Source: an uncultured Bacteroidia bacterium
GTDB taxonomy: Bacteria > Bacteroidota > Bacteroidia > J057
Reading direction: 5' to 3'
Length of the DNA stretch: 50,378 nucleotides
Assembly (NCBI GenBank): GCA_964352745.1
Contig: CAYGTH010000004.1
Coordinates: 1 to 50,378 of the forward strand
A model generated the notes under the pieces. That model ran no database searches. It worked only from the letters and a program-made list of their open reading frames with translations, and was not told where the DNA came from. Made by a program: the position numbers and the translations under genes. Shown here piece after piece: positions 36,516 to 44,172 of this stretch (position 1 is the first letter of the stretch; the number at the start of each line of letters is the position of its first letter).

Positions 36516-37787
36516 ATGCAGCAAACTCTTCGCACTTACGCTATACATCTTGGCCTTTTTTTACTGACGCTACTGGCAACAACCTTTGTAGGAGCAGAAC
36601 ACGTAAGCGGACGCTTTTGGATCGGCTGGGGAGCCCCACCGGAATACTTACTTTCAGCCTCGGAATTCTGGCTCGGACTGCCTTACTCCCTCTCTTTTCT
36701 TGCTTTCCTCACCTTTCATGAATTTGGTCATTACTTCACTGCCGTTTACCACAAAGTGCGGGTAAGTCTGCCCTACTATATTCCGATCTATATCCCGCTG
36801 GGGGGACTCGTCTTCAACATTGGCTCATTTGGCGCTGTCATCCGACTGAAAGAAGTTCCCAACAGCACCCGGAAATTCTATGATATTGGTATCGCAGGCC
36901 CCCTCGCAGGATTTGTGATATCGGTCCTCTTGCTGGTGTATGGATTTTCTCATCTGCCACCCATGGAGGAATATGTAATGAATATCCATCCCAATTATTT
37001 GGAAGAATATTGCGAAGTCCCTACAGAAGCTCAGCAATTACAAACGGTCATAGACCAGGGAGGGCAGACATTTAGAATTGGGACCAATCTACTCTTTGAA
37101 TTTCTCAAATCCATTGTACCCCCGGATCAAAGTCAGGTCCCGACGCAGTTTGAGGTCATTCATTACCCCTTTTTATTCGTCGGGTATCTCACCTTGTTTT
37201 TCACAGCACTCAATCTCCTTCCCATCGGCCAATTAGATGGCGGGCACATCGTATATGGTATGTTTGGTCGAAAGTCCGCTTCTACCATTGCGCGGATTGC
37301 AGTCATCTTACTCCTCTTTGCAGGGGGAACCGGATTATTTGCCCCCGACAGGCTAGGTCCGGTTTTTCAATCGATGGGCAAACATATTCAGGAGGTTTTT
37401 GCGACCTTCTCTTCAGAGGCCGGGATGAATCTATTTTATGATTCGCTTATTTTTGTAGGCCTGTACCTGTACGCAGTTTTTGTTCGGTTCATCTACAATC
37501 GTCTGTTTCCAGGTATTCGCAGAGATCAAACCTGGATGCTAACCATCCTGACCCTGTTATCGCAAGCACTGCTTGCCTCACTGCTTGCCTCACTGATTGG
37601 CGGACTGGAAATGAATTTCATCTGGCTGCTCTACGCTTTCCTCGTGGTTCGGTTTCTGGGAGTAGATCACCCGCCTGCTTATCATGAGCACAGGGTCAAT
37701 TTGCCTCGCCAGGTTCTGGGTTGGGTTGCGATCATCATATTTATTCTCTGCTTCTCCCCAACTCCAATTGAAGTCGTGGGAGGATAG
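36516..37787 (+). CDS. M50-family (site-2 protease-like) membrane metalloprotease
   Basis: It has HEFGHYF (HExxH) in a TM segment and a second motif, NLLPIGQLDGGH. It is polytopic. I prefer ATG 36516 over TTG 36441. Confidence 0.75.
   Translation: MQQTLRTYAIHLGLFLLTLLATTFVGAEHVSGRFWIGWGAPPEYLLSASEFWLGLPYSLSFLAFLTFHEFGHYFTAVYHKVRVSLPYYIPIYIPLGGLVFNIGSFGAVIRLKEVPNSTRKFYDIGIAGPLAGFVISVLLLVYGFSHLPPMEEYVMNIHPNYLEEYCEVPTEAQQLQTVIDQGGQTFRIGTNLLFEFLKSIVPPDQSQVPTQFEVIHYPFLFVGYLTLFFTALNLLPIGQLDGGHIVYGMFGRKSASTIARIAVILLLFAGGTGLFAPDRLGPVFQSMGKHIQEVFATFSSEAGMNLFYDSLIFVGLYLYAVFVRFIYNRLFPGIRRDQTWMLTILTLLSQALLASLLASLIGGLEMNFIWLLYAFLVVRFLGVDHPPAYHEHRVNLPRQVLGWVAIIIFILCFSPTPIEVVGG
37567..37595 (+). repeat. 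12-nt in-frame tandem duplication inside the M50 gene
   Basis: CACTGCTTGCCT occurs twice, plus a partial CACTG. It encodes LLAS-LLAS-L. Confidence 0.9.
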
Positions 37788-37844
37788 CAGGTAATCGGAG
37801 AAGAAATTTCTTATTTTCGTCAGTAAATCAAATAAATTGTTCAG

Positions 37845-39341
37845 ATGACTAAGATTCAACGTCTGCTTGTAGCAAATCGGGGAGAAATTGCGCTTAGGAT
37901 TATGCGTACTGCCAAGGAAATGGGGATCACCCCTATTGCAGTTTATTCAGACGCAGATCAGTATGCGCCATTTGTACAGTTTGCAGAGGAAGCCTACCGA
38001 TTGGGCCCAGGGCCTTCCAATGAATCCTACCTGCTGGGAGATGTGATTATCGACTTATGCAAGACCCATCAGATTGATGCCATTCATCCCGGTTATGGGT
38101 TTCTCTCAGAAAATGCAGCATTCGCCAAACAAGTAACCGAAAATGGAATTATTTTCATTGGCCCTTCTCCGGAAGCCATGGAACTCATGGGGGATAAGCT
38201 CTCTGCAAAAACTGCTGTAAAAGAATACGGCGTTCCCCTGGTTCCGGGCTTAGACGAAGCCATTGTCAATGTAGAGGATGCCCGTGCTGTAGCGGAAGAA
38301 ATTGGCTTTCCAGTACTCATCAAAGCAGCGGCAGGCGGGGGCGGAAAAGGCATGCGAATTGTCGAAGAGTCCGCCGAGTTTGAAAGCCAGATGGATCGCG
38401 CTGTGAGTGAAGCCATCAGTTCCTTTGGCAATGGAGCTGTATTTGTTGAAAAATATGTCGGTTCGCCCCGACACATCGAAATTCAGGTCCTCGCAGATCA
38501 GCACGGCCACGTCCTGTATTTATTTGAGCGGGAATGCTCTATTCAGCGCCGGCACCAAAAAGTGATTGAGGAGGCCCCTTCTTCTATCCTAAGTCCCGAA
38601 CTTCGTAAAGAAATGGGGGAAGCCGCGGTGAATGTGTGTCGCGCCTGTAATTATTATAATGCGGGTACGGTTGAGTTTTTGATGGACGAAAATCTCAATT
38701 TCTACTTTCTGGAAATGAATACACGTCTCCAGGTTGAGCATCCCGTTTCTGAAATGATTACAGGCATTGATTTGGTCCGGGAGCAAATTCTCGTTGCTGA
38801 AGGCAAGCCCCTCACCTTTACCCAGGACGATCTGAGCATAAACGGCCATGCCATTGAGGTTCGCGTATATGCGGAAGACCCTGCAAATAACTTCTTACCA
38901 GATATCGGGAAACTTCACGTGTACCGACAACCCACCGGAGAAGGGGTCCGGGTAGATGATGGGTATGAGTCAGGTCAACAAATTCCCATATTTTATGATC
39001 CCATGATTGCCAAACTCATCGTCCATGCGCCGGACCGGGAGCAGGCGATCGAGAAAATGATTCAGGCAATTGATGACTATGCAATCGTAGGCGTTCAGAC
39101 CACCCTTTCATTCTGTCGATTTGTGATGGAACATGACGCTTTCCGATCCGGGCAATTCGATACCCATTTTGTCAAACACTATTTTACCCCATCGGTACTC
39201 CAGCGGCCATTGAGTGATACTGAGCGCCACCTCGCCGGTATCATTGCCAATCTGGTACTGGAAGGAGATCCAACTGCCAAACAACAGAAATCCGAAGTAA
39301 AACAAGGTCTTAGCCCCTGGAAACTGAATAGAAGTGGGTAA
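37845..39341 (+). CDS. accC: biotin carboxylase (acetyl-CoA carboxylase subunit or related carboxylase)
   Basis: 498 aa. It has the ATP-grasp motifs (KAAAGGGGKGMRIV, EMNTRLQVEHPVSE). No BCCP domain is fused. Confidence 0.85.
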   Translation: MTKIQRLLVANRGEIALRIMRTAKEMGITPIAVYSDADQYAPFVQFAEEAYRLGPGPSNESYLLGDVIIDLCKTHQIDAIHPGYGFLSENAAFAKQVTENGIIFIGPSPEAMELMGDKLSAKTAVKEYGVPLVPGLDEAIVNVEDARAVAEEIGFPVLIKAAAGGGGKGMRIVEESAEFESQMDRAVSEAISSFGNGAVFVEKYVGSPRHIEIQVLADQHGHVLYLFERECSIQRRHQKVIEEAPSSILSPELRKEMGEAAVNVCRACNYYNAGTVEFLMDENLNFYFLEMNTRLQVEHPVSEMITGIDLVREQILVAEGKPLTFTQDDLSINGHAIEVRVYAEDPANNFLPDIGKLHVYRQPTGEGVRVDDGYESGQQIPIFYDPMIAKLIVHAPDREQAIEKMIQAIDDYAIVGVQTTLSFCRFVMEHDAFRSGQFDTHFVKHYFTPSVLQRPLSDTERHLAGIIANLVLEGDPTAKQQKSEVKQGLSPWKLNRSG

Positions 39342-39342
39342 C

Positions 39343-40077
39343 ATGTCGGCACATCAACGACATCGCGGAAAGCATGCAAACGATGACAAGCTATTTCATT
39401 CGGATCAACTCCCGGTACTCAATACTGCCGTTGCAGATTTATCCTGGCTACTCAGTCGGGCGTATGGAGAGAACTCCTCCCTCAAACTCGTTGGCGATCG
39501 ATATCGCCTCACCAAGCGACAACGAAAAGCCCTCCTACGTGCCTCCTGCTCAGATCAACAGCAACAATACAGAACAACTACTGCCCTTTTTCCAGCGGCT
39601 CTCCAAGGCACTCATGTGGTCATTGATGGCTACAATCTCCTCATCACCATAGAGGTTGCTTTATCCAACGGCTATATCCTCCATTGCAGGGACGGCGCAT
39701 ATCGGGACATCGCAAGTGTACACAGTACTTACCGGAAAGTAGAAGAAACCCTCCCGGCATTAGTTCTCATTGGCGAAACCCTGAAAAGTCTCCATATCCA
39801 ACAGGCGCATTGGTACCTCGATGCCCCCATTTCAAACAGTGGCAGACTCAAGGGTATTATGACCCAGCTTTCCACCGAACATGACTTTAACTGGGAAGTA
39901 GAATTGGTCAATAACCCGGATAAAGCCCTCGTTTCCAATGAGCGTTGGATTCCCATTTCATCGGATAGCTGGATAATCGACCATGCCAGGGGGTGGTTCA
40001 ACCTGCATAAGTATATCGTGCAACATATCTTTCAGGCGGAAGTAATCGTACTCAATGGGGAAAGCCTGCCCGAATAA
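39343..40077 (+). CDS. DUF434-like protein with a PIN/NYN-like C-terminal half
   Basis: The N-terminus (HRGKHANDDKLF..LPVLNTAVADLSWLLSRAYGENSSLKLVGDRYRLTKRQRKALLR) matches my memory of DUF434. The C-terminal VVIDGYNLL recalls the NYN/YacP DGYN motif. ATG 39343 lies 1 nt after the accC stop. Confidence 0.45.
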   Translation: MSAHQRHRGKHANDDKLFHSDQLPVLNTAVADLSWLLSRAYGENSSLKLVGDRYRLTKRQRKALLRASCSDQQQQYRTTTALFPAALQGTHVVIDGYNLLITIEVALSNGYILHCRDGAYRDIASVHSTYRKVEETLPALVLIGETLKSLHIQQAHWYLDAPISNSGRLKGIMTQLSTEHDFNWEVELVNNPDKALVSNERWIPISSDSWIIDHARGWFNLHKYIVQHIFQAEVIVLNGESLPE

Positions 40078-40180
40078 TTTTTCACAGGCCCATTCGTTTT
40101 TGTAGCGGCTTATCCATCGTGCAAAAAGCACTTGGAAAGCCCAATTTGGGGCCCTACTTTCTTCCTTCAATTGAAATCAG

Positions 40181-42130
40181 ATGAACATAAAATATTTGCT
40201 GCTTATCCTCCTCCTGGGTCTAACCGGTTTTTCACTGTTTGCCCAAAAGCCCAAACCCTCAGATTTTGGGATCAAGTCAAAAAAATCGCTGGCATATTAT
40301 CTCGAAGGAAAACAACAGGCTCAGTGGCGGGATTGGTATAAATCAATGGAAGCCTACCGGGCGGCGATTGAACTGGAACCCGATTTTGCACATGCACATT
40401 TTGAGTTGGGTGTAAGCACCCTCGTCAAAACGGAATATGAAGAGGCTCTTGAGCACCTCGAACGCGCATATGAACTTCGCCCGACTGAATTTCCCCCCAT
40501 AGCGTTTTATCTGGGAGAGGCATATTTTTTTAATGAAAAATATGAGGAAGCCGCCGAGATGTATGTCCAGTTTTTAAATATAGGCCGTGCCCGAAAACAA
40601 CAATTGGATATTGCCAAGCGCAGACTTCGGAAGGCAGGGTTTGCCAGTGAAGCCATCAAGCGGCCCGTTGCATTTGATCCGATCAATCTGGGCAGCAAAA
40701 TCAATACTGACCGGGATGAATACCTGCCTTACCTCACAGCAGATGATCAGATGCTGCTCTTTACTTCTCGGCGGCCGGAAAGTCTGGGCGGATTTAATCC
40801 GCGGCTCAAGGATTATTCAGAAGATTTTTATTTCTGCAAATGGGAAGACGGTGAATGGACGGCAGCAAGCAACCTGGGCCCTCCGATCAATACCAGCGAA
40901 AACGAAGGCGCTTCCTTCCTTACCCCAGATGGAAAAACCATCTATTTCACAGCATGCAACCGAGAAGGGGGAATGGGAAGCTGCGATATCTACGTCTCTT
41001 ATCAGGATGGAGAAGCCTGGTCTGAGCCTGAAAACCTGGGCCCTATGATCAATACCAGAGGCTGGGAATCCCAGGCCTGTCTTTCTCATGATGGCAATAC
41101 CTTATATTTTTCCTCCAGCAGGCCTGGTGGCCAGGGCGGTCGGGATCTTTGGTTCAGCAAGCGGATCAATGGGAAATGGATAGCTGCTGAGAACATGGGA
41201 AATGTGATCAATTCGCAGGGGAATGAAGATGCTCCCTTTCTCCACGCGGATGGAATCAGTCTGTATTTTTCCTCGGACTTTCATCCGGGATTTGGCTCAA
41301 AGGATCTGTTTGTCAGCTACCGGAAAGATGATGGAGACTGGACAAGCCCGGAAAACCTGGGATACCCACTCAATACCGTATCGGAGGAGAGTAATATTTT
41401 TGTGTCAGCAAATGGCAAACGCGGATTTATCAATTCCTATCGGGAAGGAGGATTAGGCAGAAGTGATATTTATGAATTTACACTGGATGAAAGAATCCGG
41501 CCAAAAGTAGCTACCTTTTTACGCGGCGTAACCCGCGACAGTATTACCCATACCCCCGTCCAGGCCCTGATGCGATTAGTAGATGTCGAATCCGGCGATA
41601 CAATCAGGCAGGTACTTTCCGGAAGGTCTGATGGTAAATTTTTGATGAGTTTGCCGCTGGACAAACAATATGCCGCCTTCGTTGAAGCAAAAGGCTATCT
41701 GTTTACCAGTAAAAGCTTCTATCTCAAGCAAGTAGTAGAAGACACTTATTTTGATCTGTTAATTGACCTGATCCCTATCCGGAAAGGAGTAGAAGTCGTA
41801 CTGCGGAATATTTTCTTTGAATCCAGCGAATATGAACTCCAGGAAACTTCAGAAGCTGAGCTTCAGTTTCTGTTTCACTATCTCAAAACCAATCCCAGCA
41901 TCCGTATTGAAATACAAGGCCACACAGACAATGTAGGTGGCGAACCCGAAAACCTGCGGCTCAGTCAAAATCGGGCAAATGCCGTTCGGGAATACCTCAT
42001 CTCCAAAGGAATTCCTGCCAGCCGAATTGAAGCAAATGGCTATGGAGAGACCCAACCTGTAGCGAGTAATGATACAGAAGAAGGCCGTGCCCGCAATCGC
42101 CGAACACAGTTTAAAATCGTAGATTTATAA
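40181..42130 (+). CDS. OmpA-family outer-membrane/periplasmic protein with TPR and TolB-like beta-propeller repeats
   Basis: 649 aa. It has a signal peptide, a TPR region, repeated WD40-like units (DGKTIYF.., DGNTLYFSS.., DGISLYFSS), and a C-terminal OmpA domain (NIFFESSEYEL...NRRTQF). Confidence 0.8.
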   Translation: MNIKYLLLILLLGLTGFSLFAQKPKPSDFGIKSKKSLAYYLEGKQQAQWRDWYKSMEAYRAAIELEPDFAHAHFELGVSTLVKTEYEEALEHLERAYELRPTEFPPIAFYLGEAYFFNEKYEEAAEMYVQFLNIGRARKQQLDIAKRRLRKAGFASEAIKRPVAFDPINLGSKINTDRDEYLPYLTADDQMLLFTSRRPESLGGFNPRLKDYSEDFYFCKWEDGEWTAASNLGPPINTSENEGASFLTPDGKTIYFTACNREGGMGSCDIYVSYQDGEAWSEPENLGPMINTRGWESQACLSHDGNTLYFSSSRPGGQGGRDLWFSKRINGKWIAAENMGNVINSQGNEDAPFLHADGISLYFSSDFHPGFGSKDLFVSYRKDDGDWTSPENLGYPLNTVSEESNIFVSANGKRGFINSYREGGLGRSDIYEFTLDERIRPKVATFLRGVTRDSITHTPVQALMRLVDVESGDTIRQVLSGRSDGKFLMSLPLDKQYAAFVEAKGYLFTSKSFYLKQVVEDTYFDLLIDLIPIRKGVEVVLRNIFFESSEYELQETSEAELQFLFHYLKTNPSIRIEIQGHTDNVGGEPENLRLSQNRANAVREYLISKGIPASRIEANGYGETQPVASNDTEEGRARNRRTQFKIVDL

Positions 42131-42157
42131 GTATCTTCCGCAGTAAATCTGCTGCCT

Positions 42158-43456
42158 TTGAATCTGCTGGTCCAAATCCCTGTACAGGAAATTGAAAAAA
42201 AACTCAATTCACAATTGGGGGAGGTGCTGCACGAATCGGGTTTTAGCCCATCTGACGAAGCAGCTATGCAAGTACGGGTACGGAGACGCAGTCCGTTGAA
42301 AGTAAGTACTGCCGATAATTCGCTGCTCATCAGTGCGCCCGTACATGTGTGGACCCACCAGGGCAAAAGCAGCGACATGCGGGATTTTTGGAAAGACATC
42401 CCGACGGTAGATATTGAAGAGATTGACTTCGAGCTTACTGCCCATTTCCGAATCCAACTCAGCCTCTCTTCTGACTGGGAGCTCAAGGGACAGGTTCAAA
42501 GCAAATTTGACTGGGACCGCAAACCCCGCATCGGCATCGGCCTGATCAAATTCAGCGTAACCCGGGTAGTCGGGCCTATCCTCGAAAAAGAATTGGAACA
42601 AGTCGCAAAACGGATACAGCGATTTATCGAACAGGATCTCGGCCTTCCCACCTATATACAAGCGGCCTGGGAGGCACTCGAAGCGACGCATCAGGTCGAA
42701 GAGACGCTACCCCTCCATTTGGCACTCTGCCCAGAGCCTGCAAGCGTAACTGCAAGCCCCCTGGTCTGCCACCAAAATATGATCCAATTGATCATCGGAC
42801 TGCCTATCCATCCGGTCGTGCAGCTAGGCCCACTCGTTGCGCCTCTCCCTATACGTCCTGTCCCCTCCTTTCAGCCCCATCCCGAACTGCCCTTACTTAC
42901 CGAGTCCAGGGTCTCGAGCATATTGCCCTACAAAGCGCTGAGTCGCTTGTATGCGGGAGAAAGCTTCTCCTTTAGGAATGGTAAAACCCAATTGATCCTG
43001 GAACAGATACAATTTGACCCACAAGGAGCGGAATTGCATCTCGATCTGCACTTGCGGGGACAAAGCAAATGGTTATTAGGCACTCGAAAACATAGCGGCA
43101 TTTTGCATATTTCAGGCATCCCACAAACCAGCCTTCCTACTCAGCAAATTGTCTTCCAGAAACTTGTCCACAAATGGAGCGGTTGGGATAGCCTGGTCCG
43201 CTTATTATTCAGGGCATATCGCAAAAACATTGCGTCCCAGTTACAGCTTTATATCGATCAGTTATTGGCTAATAGTGTAGCGTCCGCAGAAGCAGCTTTG
43301 CATGAAAGCCTAACAGATAATTTCCTGACGGAACAGGTACAGCTTCGTGGAAAACTGGAACTATTTACCCCAACTGAGGTCATGCTGCATGCCGACCACA
43401 TTCAGGTAACTGCCCTCGTAAAAGGGAATCTGCTGGTCCAGGTTGGTAATTTTTAA
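42158..43456 (+). CDS. DUF4403-like hypothetical protein
   Basis: 432 aa. It has a TTG start and no recognisable signal peptide. The family call is from general resemblance only. Confidence 0.3.
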   Translation: MNLLVQIPVQEIEKKLNSQLGEVLHESGFSPSDEAAMQVRVRRRSPLKVSTADNSLLISAPVHVWTHQGKSSDMRDFWKDIPTVDIEEIDFELTAHFRIQLSLSSDWELKGQVQSKFDWDRKPRIGIGLIKFSVTRVVGPILEKELEQVAKRIQRFIEQDLGLPTYIQAAWEALEATHQVEETLPLHLALCPEPASVTASPLVCHQNMIQLIIGLPIHPVVQLGPLVAPLPIRPVPSFQPHPELPLLTESRVSSILPYKALSRLYAGESFSFRNGKTQLILEQIQFDPQGAELHLDLHLRGQSKWLLGTRKHSGILHISGIPQTSLPTQQIVFQKLVHKWSGWDSLVRLLFRAYRKNIASQLQLYIDQLLANSVASAEAALHESLTDNFLTEQVQLRGKLELFTPTEVMLHADHIQVTALVKGNLLVQVGNF

Positions 43457-43461
43457 TTCCC

Positions 43462-43770
43462 CTACTGCGATTCCGGCAATTCGCTTTCATGCAACAAAAC
43501 CAGAATCAGCACTCTGGATTTCAACACCTGGAAAATTACACAAAATCCGCCGCGAAGCTTCGCCATGCGATAGTCTGCAGAACCCGCACGCAGGCCTTCA
43601 AATATGGGAAATCGAGTGGGAAATCTGGGAATTTCATCAAACACCACATCTAAAAAATCGTCCATCAACACTTCTGCTTCGCTGGGAGATTCGGCGAAAG
43701 TTTGTTGATAACGAGTGGTAATGTGTTCGTGAATTAGTTGGGTGAGGACAACTTTTCTTTTTTCTGCCAT
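43462..43770 (-). CDS. RelE/ParE-superfamily toxin (type II TA)
   Basis: 102 aa. The pattern ...FLDVVFDEIPRFPTRFPIFEGL....YRMAKLRGGFCVIFQVLKSRVLILVLLHE fits the ParE-like topology (..FP..G.........R......Y.i.Y.v....v.il.v.H). It overlaps the upstream small gene by 37 nt. Confidence 0.55.
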   Translation of the reverse strand: MAEKRKVVLTQLIHEHITTRYQQTFAESPSEAEVLMDDFLDVVFDEIPRFPTRFPIFEGLRAGSADYRMAKLRGGFCVIFQVLKSRVLILVLLHESELPESQ

Positions 43771-44027
43771 TCGGGGTGCAGTTGAAAAAATTCTTCGGGA
43801 GAAAGTTCGCCACTGTTTTTGGCTTCCTGAATCAAACCCCGCAAGGCTTCGATTGTCATGCGTTGTGGCTTAGGACTCAATTCTTCCTGTTGTTCATCTT
43901 CCGCCAAACGCTCAAGAATGCTGATAAGATTGTAGACATCACCGGCAATTTCGGGGTTTACCTGCGCATTGACACGGATTTCCGTGATGCGCCCTTCGTT
44001 GTCCTTGATCAGTTTAACTCCTTTCAT
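43734..44027 (-). CDS. putative cognate antitoxin (family not recognised)
   Basis: 97 aa with an acidic middle. It sits immediately upstream of, and overlaps, the ParE-like gene. A palindrome lies in its promoter region. Confidence 0.4.
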   Translation of the reverse strand: MKGVKLIKDNEGRITEIRVNAQVNPEIAGDVYNLISILERLAEDEQQEELSPKPQRMTIEALRGLIQEAKNSGELSPEEFFQLHPEWQKKEKLSSPN

Positions 44028-44057
44028 AGGCTATTATTACATTCAAGATACGCGTAA

Positions 44058-44081
44058 ATCAGGAAAAATTATAATCCTGAT
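44058..44081 (-). promoter_or_regulatory. palindrome upstream of the TA pair (candidate operator)
   Basis: ATCAGGA-N10-TCCTGAT. The spacer contains TATAAT on the minus strand. It lies 31-54 nt upstream of the antitoxin ATG. Confidence 0.35.
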
Positions 44082-44172
44082 AAGAAGACATTAGACAGAA
44101 GACTACAGATATTTACCTTCTGGGAATCAGTATCCATGAATCACAGATTGATTCTGCTCATGTGTCCGGCTA

